Assembly (NCBI RefSeq): GCF_006345805.1
Contig: NC_042999.1
Coordinates: 131,440,001-131,504,000, forward strand
Direction of reading: 5' to 3'
Length of the DNA: 64,000 bases
Source of the DNA: Octopus sinensis
Lineage: Eukaryota
Shown here: piece by piece, positions 25,761 through 38,579 of the stretch
How positions within the stretch are numbered: the stretch's first letter is position 1
Layout of the letters: each line of letters begins with the position of its first letter
The notes under the pieces: model-generated
What the model saw: the letters and a program-made list of their open reading frames with translations, nothing else
The model's database searches: none
Told to the model about the DNA's origin: nothing
Program-made: the position numbers and the translations under genes

Positions 25761-26120
25761 GCATCAACTGGAAAGAAAAAGGGATTCACAGAGGAAAAAA
25801 AATGAGAGAGAGGATTGTGCTTGCCTATTTCAATCAGTTACTGATTGACTTTATGGGAAATCAGAAATGCATTCTAATCTAAGGAAACCCTACATAGATT
25901 ATAAGGCAACAAAATGTAGATCACTTCAAACATTATCTTACATTAGCACTTAAATTGCAAGAGGTATAACACCAGTCACTGCAAGCTCTATGTGAATTGT
26001 ATAACAAACCAACTGAAGCATATTACTGAAATCACCAATAACTGCTTAAGCAAGAATTGATCAAGTCCTTGTTTGTTTGTGCTTGCTTTTTTTGCATGTA
26101 TGCATGTATGTATGTGCAGT

Positions 26121-26177
<57 letters not shown>

Positions 26178-26284
26178 AAGATAATCATATTTTGCCAATT
26201 AAACACATGCATTATATATTTGGTCTTCACTTCAGCTTTATTATTATTATATTATTATTATTATTTTTATTATTTAAGTTTCTT

Positions 26285-26329
26285 TGTCAAAGCGCTTTCA
26301 TCACACATCCTGTAACCTCTTCAGTGACA
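26285..26329 (-). ncRNA. Minimal type-I hammerhead motif
   Basis: TGTCA-CTGAAGA-G-GTTACAggatgTGTGAT-GAAA-GCGC-T-T-TGACA; palindromic AGCGCT stem III. Confidence 0.8.
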
Positions 26330-26424
26330 CCCTATACCATGTGCCTCTTCTTGTTCTATTTATTTCATTTTTTCAAAAAAAAAAATGGAATAAACAGAAC
26401 AAGGGGAGGCATGTGGTATAGAGA

Positions 26425-26467
26425 GTCACTGAAGAGGTCACAAGATGTGTGTTGAAAGAGCTTTGAC
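26425..26467 (+). ncRNA. Minimal type-I hammerhead motif (decayed sister copy)
   Basis: GTCA-CTGAAGA-G-GTCACAagatgTGTGTT-GAAA-GAGC-T-T-TGAC. Confidence 0.7.
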
Positions 26468-27374
26468 ACAATAACTAAAATAATAATGAAGCTGAAGTGA
26501 AAACTGAATATAAAGTGTGTATATCTAACTGGAAAAATATGACCATCCCCAAGTATAACGAACTTTGTTTCAACACAGGATTTCACATCAGGAATCTTGC
26601 AAAACAAATACATGAACATATATATATATCAATCTGAGGTATCATTTTTATAATCATTATAATATAGACAGTCTATAGATTCAGGAGATAATCTACAGAT
26701 CATTTTTATTTATTTAGGATGTTACCTATAGATCTACATATATAATCCATAGAGTTGGGTATATGATTTATAAATCAGGGAATATGATACATAAATGGAG
26801 AAGTCATCTTCTGATAAATACCTTTCTATTTCTATTTTGCTGTGGTGGTTTCTCTATAGTTATTCATTACATTTTTGTTAGAAAAGTTATCAGGAAATCT
26901 AATCAATACGTTTGTTATTTGCAAATCCAGATTTACCACTAATCCACAAGTAATCCAAATGATTGGTATCTATACAATTGATTGATGGCAGAAATTTTCC
27001 TCATTTGATTTTATCTATAATGCTGCTGCTTCTCTGATCTGACATAATTTCATCTCTGTGACATAATCAGCCCAATTTACTGCACATTTGCTGTTAGTAT
27101 GTCTGGCCTTTCTTAGTATCCAGGGAAAAAATAATTGTTTCTAACATAGTCACAAAACCAGAAATTGAGGAGAGGGAGGGTTAATCAATTAAGTTGATAG
27201 CATTACTATATTTTAAAAACCCTGGAAGGATGAATGGCAAAGTCAACTTGATGGAATTTGCAAAGAGCTAGAACATAAATACTGCAAAATATTTTTCTGG
27301 CACAAATTTCAGTACTTTGCACAAATGTGCAGTACACTGCCAGTGACTGAAAAAGAATATGTCAATGATTGTAA

Positions 27375-27910
27375 AGGTGCATGGCTTAGTAGTTAGGGGT
27401 ATTTGGCTCATGACTGTAAGGTCATGAGTTTGATTCCTGGTGATGCATTGTGTCCTTGAGCAAGGCACTTCATCTGAAGTTGCTCAAGTCCACTCAACCG
27501 GCAAAAATGAGTAGTACCTGTATTTCAAAGGGCCAGCCCATGCTGAAGCTCCCTGAGAACTTCATTAGGGTGGTGAACTGGCAGAAACGTTAACATGCCG
27601 GGCGAAATGCTTAGTGGTATTCCATCTGCCGCTACGTTCTGAGTTCAAATTCCGCCAAGGTCAACTTTGCCTTTCATCCTTTCGGGGTCGATTAAATAAG
27701 TACCAGTTACGCACTGGGGTCGATATAATCGACTTAATCCGTGTGTCTGTCCTTGTTTGTCCTCTTTGTGTTTAGCCCCTTGTGGGTAGTAAAGAAATAG
27801 ATATGTGTGTCTGTGAGTGCTCAGCCACCTGTGCATTAATTTCACAAGCAGGCTGTTCCACTGATCAGATCAACTGGAACCCTTATCATCATAACCATTG
27901 GATGCCAGTT
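27375..27910 (+). mobile_element. CORE-like SINE with a nested Meta/Nin-like SINE (~27568-27800)
   Basis: The uninterrupted version is at 47546-47842; the junction ctgagaac..cattagggt…gtgtgtctgtg is split here. Confidence 0.8.
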
Positions 27911-30900
27911 TATGTCAATGATTGCAATATTTTATTTACCTGGCAATGCCTTTAGATAAAAGTTACTCATAGGATAACTTAGAAAATAATTTTCTATTCA
28001 ATTATATTATAAATTCACTTTTTTTTTTAAATTTGAATCCCAAAAATTTTTATTCCATAAGAGCGATACTTAGGAAATCATTTACTGATTATTGTCACAT
28101 TGAAATAAGTATAATGTATTACAATGCATTTAATTCATGACAGGAAGTAATTTTATTCTTCACTTGTCCTTTCAATGAAGTGCTTTTATTTGGGTAATTT
28201 TTTTTTTATGTCAAGCTGTTTACATCCCAGATATTAACTCTATTGCTGGCAACTTTGAAGGCTATAAGCACATACTCAATCTTTTTAGAAACCTACAGCT
28301 CAAAAGCAATTATTACCAATGCATATGTCATATCAGGCAACCAAGTCATTGAAAGTATCTGAGACAATTTAACTATTCCCATTTAAACAACATATAAATC
28401 TTGGAAACTTGAAATTATCCTCATTATTGTGTAGGTTTAATGTTAATTTTTATTCATACATATTGAAAAACTTATACAACTAAATAAAGATGAGCATGTC
28501 ATTTGGTTTACTGGAACATAGACTGTTTAATCTTTGGAGATGAAACCAAAATGAAAAGAGAAAAGGATGCATTTCTCAGAAGGCAGGATAATATAAAGTG
28601 TGGGAAGACTAGAGCTAATGAGAGTATAAAACAAGTTGAGAAGAACAAAGATCATTGTACATATAACAGGAAAATGTTCTTCACTTAAGAATGCTGTTTA
28701 TGGATTTCCCAATGATTAAATTCGTGATGATCTAGTAATTACATTACTGTCAAGTATTATCCATATTACCCTCACTTACACATAGCACATTGTTTTGATA
28801 TATTTAAGTATATTTATCTGCTTATGCAAGATGAAGTACCAAACTGTTTGTATTTCCAGGATAAATCATGTGTCCATTTCGTAATTGTACTTGACTGTTA
28901 AGCCAAGTGGCCAATACTGGAGATTTAAGAATTTAAGTGAACCCTTGACATTAGTTGTTGAATTATGAATACGAAGATTGTATGGAGATAGTGTGGGATC
29001 ACTATGTATCTGAGTATTTGTTTATAAGAATTGGTTTGTTATAGAAAAATTTGGTTTCTTTAAATTTGGTGTGAGAAGAAGTGGAGCTAATTTTCTAGGA
29101 ATTGATTATTTCTTTGTTAATCATAGGACAGTAACATGTCTATAGCCTTTCAGTCTCGTATAAGTCGCATGATCTGTGATAAATAAGTGAGGTCGATGTT
29201 TAGTTCAAACTATTGCAGGTCTGTATGCAGAGGACAAGTTGAGGAAAGAGAGTATTTGATGAATGGGACTCTGAAGAAAAATAGAACAAGATGTTCAAGA
29301 CATGTCTAGGTGAAACCTGGCAGAAAAGGAAAGATAAGTACATTGGTGGGATTAAGATGGAAGAAATATATCATTGGTGAACTGAATAAAAGCTGCTGCT
29401 GAAGAAGTAGTAGAAGAGATAGGAAAAAAGATAATTCTTGCCAATGGATATAGGATTGGTGAATAAAAGCCTGATTATTAGATGGATATATTTTGTTCTA
29501 TTGGATTCTAAAAAAAGTATTGCAAGGTGAGTTGCACCAATCATTGTGAAGGGCATATTAGAGCTTTATAAAGAGTTAACAGCTGAATTAAACATATGTG
29601 ACATAATAGTAGCTATATATAGTAAACATAATAATACCAGAGATACCACAACAGACAAGTGACCGCTGGTAAATGATAACAAAATTATCTTGGTAGTCAT
29701 TGAAGAAATAGATTGAGAGTGATAGATGGAATGTCAATTGTTGGATGAAATATAGTGGTCTACAGGAGCATCACTTACAGAACCAACAGAATTATGAATA
29801 AGAGAATTCAGTAGTATTAGATATGATACCTTGAAATGGTTCAGAATGCACAAATACTAAGGAAAGTTATGAGGTTTCGATAGTACATTTTTTTCTCTTT
29901 CTGTTTTTGAGTGATTTACTGATGTGAGTTTACTATACTACTGATATATAGACTCTTAGAAATCATTTAAGTGTTCAATTCATTGGATTATAGCTGTTAG
30001 TCATTAAAGAAGTGTAGTCTCTTTCATTTGTTTAGTCATCTAATATAGGAGTGAGTCTGAGTGGAAGCAAGTATAGAATTGGTACATACAGCCAATTAGT
30101 TGATCAGTTCATGACCTAATATTTAAGTCTCTTCAAGTAACAAGAACAACAAGGATTACTTTCCTCTTTGGGATTTTGGAATGTGGAAGTATACCAGGAT
30201 ACCAGGATAAACTAGAAATGTTTCAATAAGGAGGAATTGTTATATTAATTGGTCAAGAATAGAATAGAGTTAGAACTACACCCATTTTGATTATACAAAT
30301 TTACAGAATGAATACATACATTTCATTCTCTAAGCTATAATTAGAATAAAATGGTAAAATGCAATGAGCTCATACACAGAGACACTATGAAATTTCTTTG
30401 CAAAAAAAAAAAAGCAAAGCAATGATGTTAACTCACATTATGTATCTAGAAAACATGCTTTATAAACAGAAAAATAACGCTCTAATAATTACTTTATCTC
30501 AGAAAAAAATCCTTCTCTATCCATACACTTCCTTAGAATTAAGGTTAATAGGTTGATGTTGACATAATCAATGTTTAGGTAGAGAGTTAATGTGTAGCTT
30601 TTGTCATAAGTATGTAAGATGACTGGATACAGAAAAAGAACAACATGGGTAAAAAAAATCAACAATATTGACTACAGTTATGCCAGCCTTCAATTAGTCT
30701 AAAGGTCGTAGCTGTTATAAGTTTACACACATTCCTGGGCATAATATATCAGTAAAGCTTTATCCCGAAAGTACAGGTTTGACTGAGGTTCTACTAAACA
30801 CAAAACAAGCCAATGAAGGACTTGATATGCAGTCATTCAATTGCTAGAATTAACAGCCAAATCTCTCTCACACTACTCCAAACCATCTTAAAACAAATAT

Positions 30901-31830
30901 ATATATATATGAAAAATATAATTCTAAAAACAATATGCAAATAAAAATTTGGAATACCACTAGTGCAATAAAAAAAAAGTTAAAAAAAGAAAATCAAATA
31001 GGTCAACACTAAACGTGAGAAAGTTACAAAGGCTTATGACTCAAATCAAGACAAATAATAAAAATGGTGTAAAGGTAAGAGCATCCTAACACATTATTCA
31101 CACATATAAAACAGACAATACAAAGCAACAAAATCACCTAAACTTATCTTAGACCACAACTAAAATGTAGTACAAAAAAAAAACAGATAAAAAAGAGCTA
31201 CAAGCTTATTCATTATCTCTATATTAATGTTGAGAGTTCCAACAATGATCTTGTAGTAACAAAAATAACCAACATACAAAACTCTAATCATATCACACAC
31301 AAAATACAGATCAACAATGGAAGTAGCCAATATACACCAAATAATCATAACAGTTACAGTGTACCTTACACAATACACATGTCAATGATATGAGGTGGAA
31401 TAACTAACTACATGACCAGGAATATTCTCAGGAGCTGAAAGCATTCAAGCATCTCCTTCAATTTCAACGTTAGTTAGGTTCTCCACTTCCAGAAATGGGT
31501 AAAGCTAATCTACAAACAACTTCAGAAACTACTTTGAACTCACCCAAGTTGCAATGCAAAAAACATGAACATGAAAGACCTTCAATGATATGGGCCCCAG
31601 ATGCTAATGAAATGACAAAAATAGGTTCAACAAAAATCTGCTAGATACACAGGTGCATGCATGGTGTGTGTAAGAAGCTTGCTTCCCAACTACATGGTTC
31701 CAGCTTCAGTCCCACTGTGTGGCACCTTGGGCAGGTGCCTTCTACTATAGCCTTGGGCCAACCAAAGCTTGTGAGTGGATTTGGTAGGCGGAAACTGAAA
31801 GAAGTACATCGTATATATATATATATATAT

Positions 31831-31869
<39 letters not shown>

Positions 31870-32147
31870 CAACAATTGAGGGCAAAATTAATACTATATT
31901 AATCAATTCACCAAGTTTCAGTATGCAAAGGGACCATTCAAGGCGAATTCAAATTATTACATTATATAAAAGGCTTAGTAAAATAAATTACTTTGCCGCA
32001 TACTGAACTCATTAGAAATAGCAGCTAAAAAACTTTTTTAAAGCTATTCTAATACTTAAAGAAAATCTCTCTCATATATAGTGTTTGCTTAATTCAACTC
32101 ACAAAAGTTTGGGGTAAGGACATCGAAAAATCAAATGCTAAGGTTAT

Positions 32148-32199
32148 TGAGAACGTACGTTTCAAGATTAGTCAAAACAACACTTCTATCATCAGCTCA
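32148..32199 (-). ncRNA. Type-I hammerhead motif, left arm
   Basis: TGAG-CTGATGA-tagaagtgttgttttgactaatctt-GAAA-CGTACG-T-T-CTCA. Confidence 0.7.
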
Positions 32200-32285
32200 G
32201 AAATTCCTTGGTTTGGATTTGGAAACACTGAAAATAAGAACATACCCTTATTTTCAGTGTTTCCAAATCCAAACCAAGGAATTTC

Positions 32286-32336
32286 TGAGCTGATGATAGA
32301 AGTGTTGTTTTGACTAATCTGAAACGTACGTTCTCA
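32286..32336 (+). ncRNA. Type-I hammerhead motif, right arm
   Basis: TGAG-CTGATGA-t-AGAagt…actaaTCT-GAAA-CGTACG-T-T-CTCA. Palindromic ACGTACGT stem III; GUU triplet. Confidence 0.75.
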
Positions 32337-32527
32337 AATAACCTTAGCATTTGATTTTTCGATGTCCTTACCCCCAAACTTTTGTGAGTTGAATTAAGCA
32401 AACACTATAATATGAGAGAGATTTTCTTTAAGTATTAGAAATAGCTTTTAAAAAAGTTTTTTAGCTGCTATTTCTAATGAGTTCAGTATGCGGCAAAGTA
32501 ATTTATTTTACTAAGCCCTTTTATAAA

Positions 32528-32574
<47 letters not shown>

Positions 32575-32616
32575 TCCGAGTAACAGGTTTTGTTGGATTT
32601 CTGCTGTTTAAATAAG

Positions 32617-32626
32617 TATATATATG

Positions 32627-32668
<42 letters not shown>

Positions 32669-32670
32669 AA

Positions 32671-32714
<44 letters not shown>

Positions 32715-32747
32715 AAGTGTATTATATATTATATATATATATATTAG

Positions 32748-32790
<43 letters not shown>

Positions 32791-32809
32791 TATATATATA
32801 TAAAATAAA

Positions 32810-32854
<45 letters not shown>

Positions 32855-32885
32855 AAATAAAGTGTATATATATATATATATATAT
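32617..32885 (+). repeat. Compound satellite: (TA)n punctuated by AAATAAAGTG
   Basis: Repeated aaataaagtg between variable TA runs; continues at 35055-35881. Confidence 0.9.
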
Positions 32886-35053
32886 CATCATCATCATCAT
32901 CATCATCATTTAACGTCCGCTTTCCATGCTAGCATGGGTTGGACGGTTCAACTGGGGTCTGGGGAGCCCGAAAGCTGCACCAGTCCAGTCAGATCTGGCA
33001 GTGTTTCTACAGCTGGATGCCCTTCCTAACGCCAACCACTCCGAGAGGGTAGTGGGTGATTTTATGTGCCACCGACACAGGTGCCAGACGAGGCTGACAA
33101 CGGCCACGCTCGGATGTGTTTTTTATGTGCAACCGACACAGGTGCCAGACGAGGCTGGCAGACGGCCACGCTCGGATGGTGTTTTTATGTGCCACCGACA
33201 CAGGTGCCAGACGAGGCTGGCAGACGGCCACGCTCGGATGGTGTTTTTATGTGCCACCGACACAGGTGCCACGAGGCTGGCAGACGGCCACGCTCGGATG
33301 GTGGTTTATGTGCCACCGACACAGGTGCCAGATGAGGCTGGCAAACAGCCACGATCGGATGGTGCTTGTTACGTGCCCACAGCACGGAGGCCAGTCGATG
33401 CGGGAGGGGTACTGGCTACGGCCACGTTCGGATGGTTTCTTATGTGCCACGTGCCACCGGCACTGGTACCACAAAGATACAAATTCCATTGATGTTCATC
33501 TATTTGATTTGTTTTGATTTGATTTTCACTTGCCTCAGCAGGTCTTCACAAGTGTCACAAGAAGGAAGGTATGCAAGGTGGACTGACTACGTCCCAGGTA
33601 GGGGCCATGGGTTATGGCCTGACTAGTCTTGCTGGGTCTTCGGATGGTGTTTTTATGTGCCACCGACACAGGTGCTAGATGAGGCTGGCGAACGGCCACG
33701 ATCGGATGGTGTTTGTCATGTGCCACCGCACTGACTACGCACTGATGGATTCTTGTGTGCCACAGGCACTGGTACCACAAGATACAAATTCCATTGATGT
33801 TCATCTATTTTGTCTATTTTGATTTGATTTTCACTTGCCTCAACCAGTCTTCACAAGTGTCACAAGAAGAAGGAAGGTATGCACAGGTGGACTGACTAGT
33901 CTTGCCGGGTCTTCGAAGGTGTTTTTATGTGCCACCGACACAGGTGCCAGATGAGGCTGGCGAACGGCCATGATCGGATGGTGTTTGTTACGTGCCCACA
34001 GCACGGAGGCCGGTCGATGCGGAACTGGCTACGGCCACGTTCGGATGGTTCTCATGTGTGCCACCGGCACTGGTACCACAAAGTGTGTGCCACCGGCACT
34101 GGTACCACAAAGATACAGATTCCTTGATGTTCATCTATTTGATTTGTTTTTGATTTGATTTGATTTTCACTTGCCTCAACAGGTCTTCACAAGTGTCACA
34201 AGAAGGAAGGTATGCACAGGTGGACTGACTACGTCCCAGGTAGGGGCCATGGGTTATGGCCTGACTAGTCTTGCCGGTCTTCGATGGTGATGTTTTTTAT
34301 GTGCCACCGACACAGGTGCTAGATGAGGCTGGCGAACGGCCACGATCGGATGGTGTTTGTCATGTGCCCACAGAACGGAGGCCAGTCGATGCGGTACTGG
34401 CTACGGCCACTTCGGATGGTTTTCTCTTGTGTGCCACCGGCACTGGACCCGAAGATACAAATTCCATTGATGTTCATCTATTTGATTTGTTTTGATTTGA
34501 TTTTGATTTTGATTTTCACTTGCCTCAACAGGCCTTTGATTTTCACTTGCCTCAACAGGCCTTCACAAGTATCACAAGGAGGAAGGTATGCACGGTGGAC
34601 TGACTACGTCCCAGGTAGGGGCCATGGTTTATGGCCTGACTAGTCTTGCCGGGTCTTCGGAAGGTGTTTTTATGTGCCACCGACACAGGTGCTAGATGAG
34701 GCTGGCGAACGGCCACGACCGGATGGTGTTTGTTATGTGCCCACAGCACGATGGCCAGTGATGCGGTACTGACTACAGCCATGTTCGGATGGATTCTTGT
34801 GTGCCACCGGCACTGGTACCACAAGCGTACTGACTACTTTTTATGTGCCCCGACACAGGTGCTAGATGAGGCTGGCGAACGGCCACGACCGGATGGTGTT
34901 TGTTATGTGCCCACAGCACGATGGCCAGTGATGCGGTACTGACTACGGCCACGATCGGATGGATTCTGTGTGCCACCGGCACTGGTACCACAAGCGGTAC
35001 TGACTACGGCCACGTTCGGATGGATCTTGTGTGCCACTGGCACTGGTACCACA
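32886..35053 (-). mobile_element. Concatenated and rearranged array of RTE 3' UTR copies
   Basis: (CAT)n tail and a 3' UTR nearly identical to rc 59330-59885. A ~61-bp unit is expanded to ~5 copies (33061-33370). Further UTR units then restart at ~33640, ~33915, ~34285 and ~34660. Confidence 0.9.
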
Positions 35054-35054
35054 T

Positions 35055-35123
35055 ATAAATATAAAATAAAGTGTGTATATATATATAGATATATATATAT
35101 ATATATATATATAAAATAAAGTG

Positions 35124-35163
<40 letters not shown>

Positions 35164-35242
35164 AATAAAGTGATATATATATATATTATATATATATATA
35201 ATATATATATATATATAAAATAAAGTGTATATATATATATAT

Positions 35243-35284
<42 letters not shown>

Positions 35285-35351
35285 TATGTAGATATATATA
35301 TATATATGTATATATATAATATATATATATATAATATATATATAAAATAAA

Positions 35352-35399
<48 letters not shown>

Positions 35400-35458
35400 A
35401 AATAAGTGTATATATATATATATATATTATATAAATAAAATAAAGTGTATATACCTAC

Positions 35459-35489
<31 letters not shown>

Positions 35490-35533
35490 ATAAAGTGTAT
35501 ATATATATATATATATATAAATAAAATAAAGTG

Positions 35534-35592
<59 letters not shown>

Positions 35593-35706
35593 AAATAAAG
35601 TGTATATATATATATATATATAAATAAAATAAAGTGTATATATATATATATATATATAAATAAAATAAAGTGTATAATATATATATATATATATAAATAA
35701 AATAAA

Positions 35707-35760
<54 letters not shown>

Positions 35761-35764
35761 AAAG

Positions 35765-35800
<36 letters not shown>

Positions 35801-35827
35801 AAGTGTATATTATATAAATAAAATAAA

Positions 35828-35881
<54 letters not shown>
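35055..35881 (+). repeat. Compound satellite (TA)n-AAATAAAGTG
   Basis: More than 10 aaataaagtg units in TA runs. Confidence 0.9.
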
Positions 35882-35886
<5 letters not shown>

Positions 35887-37368
35887 CCTCTCGTTTAGTA
35901 AATCTAAGCCATTGCTTAATTCAGTTGTTGCTGCTTCTTCCTAAAGTGTCAACAAGTGGCAGTGAATGAATGAAGTGTTTTTCTTTTGCTCTTAAACTGA
36001 CAGGTGGGCTCCAGCACCCACAGCCAGCCAGCTGTCACATGGTACACTCCCTCATCCAAAAATAGATCAATAAATATGTACTAGCTGGTGGTGGCTGCTG
36101 GAGCCTAAATTACATGGCTTTCTCATTCATTGGATGATGGAGTATACCAAATGACAGCTGGTTGGTTGTGACTGCTGGAGCCTACCTGCCAATAAGGGCC
36201 CAAAAACATTCACAGAGAGAGGCAGATACACACACAAGTAGTTCAAAAGGAAAAGAAAGAGGCAGGACAAATCGGTAACAGAAAAGATTCAATTGTTAGA
36301 GCATTACAAAGTTCTTGGAAAAACAACTCAGTGGGAAGCAGCACAGAGCTTGGGAATTTCAAGAGGTCTGCTCCAGAATTTGCTAAAGAATGAGGATGAC
36401 CATTGTGCCAAAGAACATGATGGCTGTTCATCAAAGAGAAAGTGCAAACGAGAGGGAAAGGACCAACAGATAGTCCATGCTCTCTACAATTGGTTTCAAT
36501 TTATTCGCTCGAGAAACATCCCTGTCAACAGCCCAATCCTAATACACAAAGCCAACACTATTGTTCAAGCTGCTGGACATGATCCGAAGGTTGGTTTTAC
36601 TGTTAGCAAAAAAGACATGGAATCTCTTTTATGGTTCTAAAAGGTTCACTAGTTCACATTTTTCTCTTTAGAGAGCACAAACTAAACACATCATTCTTTG
36701 CAGGTGATGCAGCTAAAATTGATGTCAATGGAGTCCATCAATTTCATGAGACAACCATATGCAACTTCTGTTGAAATTGTCTCAGCCACAGGACATCTAC
36801 ATTGCCAATGAAACTGGGATCTACTTTCGTGCATTACCAGGGAATACATATGTCAATGAGAGTTACAAGAAAAGTGTGAGGGGCTTTAAGACAGCAAAGG
36901 AGCATGTGACCTTGATGGTGGCCTGCAACATGAATGGAGACAAAGAAGATATTCAGCAATCTGATAAGGAAACCAAAAGAGATGAAGATGGTGATTCCGA
37001 TATTGATGCTGAGGAAAGAGTTCCAGAAACTCCAACACCAGCTGAAATAAGATACTATCTCACACATTAGAAAGCGACCTTGAAATTTTTTTATTTCAGT
37101 GACATGAATTTTTTTAGAACTCTAAAGGAAAAAAATCAATGCAGTGTTACGATCAGAGCGTCCAGCAAAGCAAACAACACACGACAAATTTTTCATTCAA
37201 TGATATTGTTTATGATGTTTTTATTCATGTGTTTGCATATGAATGTATTTTAATAAATATACATGTTTTAATCAATCGACAAATTTTGTTCTCTCGGTTA
37301 ATAAATCTCTCATTTAATAAATCTAAAATAGGCGGTCCCAAGATGGATTTATAAAGCAGAGTCTACTG
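35882..37368 (+). mobile_element. Tigger/pogo-like DNA transposon, transposase pseudogene
   Basis: CENP-B HTH-like …HALYNWFQFIRSRNIPVNSPILIHKA (36293-36640) and DDE_1-like DIYIANETGIYFRALP…GFKTAKEHVTLMVACNMNG (36759-37070). It has stops and deletions, and the D of the NxDET motif reads N. Right end …gagtctactg; the left TIR is lost in (TA)n. Confidence 0.85.
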
Positions 37369-38282
37369 TGTATGTATGTGCATGTGTGTGTATGTGTGTA
37401 TGTATGTATGTATGTATGTATGTATGTATGTATGTATGTGTGTGTCTGTGTTTGTTCCCCAACCATTACTTGGTAACCGATGTTGGTGTGTTTACATCCC
37501 TATAACTTAGCGGTTCAGCAAAAGAGACTGATAGAATATGTACTAGGCTTACAAAGAATAAATCCTGGGGTCAATTTCTGTGACTAAAATCCCTTTATGG
37601 TAGTGCTCCAGCAAATTACTGAAACAAATAACAGAATAACACATTCTGGAGTACTGTAAAAGTTGCCCTGCTGAAATGTCCAGAGACCTATTCAAGGAAG
37701 ATTTGATGTAGCAAGATTATTTAAACATGTCATAGAGAATACACTTCCCAGACACAACTCTGAAGGATGGCGTCCATTATATAACTGGGTGTTAAATAAC
37801 TCACATGAACATGCACACACACAAATAAATACACATGTGTATATAGATATATATTTGTATATGAGTGTACATCTATATGCATATGTATGTGTGTATATCT
37901 ATTTATCTCTATATATATGCACACATATATATTACCTATGTTCAGTCCCCTGCAGGACAAAGACATGTTCTCTCCACCAACTACAGTCTGATGTGGAGGC
38001 CATGAATTTGAGCTTGAGATCATACTGGTTTGATGAGCCTACTCTGCTGTACTGGCTTGACAGAGAAGTGCAGTTTTTATACTCTTACCCAGTAGTAGTT
38101 AAATTGATTACTTTGATCCAAGTGCTCAGCTGGTCCTCATTTTATTAACCCCAAAAGGATGAATGGCAAAGTCAACCTCAGTGGAATTTGAACTCAGAAG
38201 AGAAGGATGGACAAAATACTGCTAAGCATTTCGCTTGGGGTTAAAAAATTCTGCCAGTTCACTACCACATATATATATATAA

Positions 38283-38417
38283 TAATAATAACACAAAGAT
38301 GGAAATTCATATGCTTTAATTATGCAATGCAATACAAGTTCTACATCACACACCGTCATTACATATGTTGCAATGCATAATTAATGCCAATGAATTTACA
38401 TCCTCAAATTATTATTC
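38283..38417. repeat. Imperfect inverted repeat next to (TA)n
   Basis: gatggaaattcatatgctttaattatgcaatgcaa / ttgcaatgcataattaatgccaatgaatttacatc. Confidence 0.6.
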
Positions 38418-38579
38418 ATATTATCATACTAATCCTAAGTAGAAAGGAGTTCCACATATATACATATACAATTGGATTGTCCCAGGACATGGAATTAACA
38501 TGCAGTAGCCAACAAGAAGAAGCTTTTACGCATGCATTACGAGGCTTTCGCTCAAACTAAACAGATATATATATATATT

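Larger units (their letters stand above)
26180..26617. mobile_element. Head-to-head palindromic mini-element with two hammerheads, in (TA)n
   Basis: Arms ~26180-26372 and ~26374-26547; unpaired tail to 26617; (TA)n flanks. Confidence 0.8.
31865..32525. mobile_element. Near-perfect ~275-bp-arm palindrome with a hammerhead in each arm
   Basis: Arms 31965-32238 and 32247-32525, 8-nt spacer aacatacc, unpaired 100-bp extension at 31865-31964. The arm differences noticed are 1-bp indels. Confidence 0.9.
31650..37640 (+). mobile_element. SINE split by ~5.6 kb of nested insertions in its central microsatellite
   Basis: The 5' half ~31650-31812 ends …ggaaactgaaagaagtacatcg(TA)n. The 3' half ~37440-37640 starts gtgtctgtgtttgttcccc. 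Both are collinear with the intact copy at 62608-63007. Confidence 0.7.

Noticed and set aside
26650-29900. Strand-biased stretches (also ~6990-7600) suggestive of ancient LINE/PLE coding relics
   Set aside because: No unambiguous motif could be read; a translated HMM search is needed.
32910-34991. Dense overlapping ORFs and regularly spaced repeats, superficially CRISPR-like or like a repeat protein
   Set aside because: The units are tandem copies of the RTE 3' UTR with no unique spacers and no cas genes, in a eukaryotic context.
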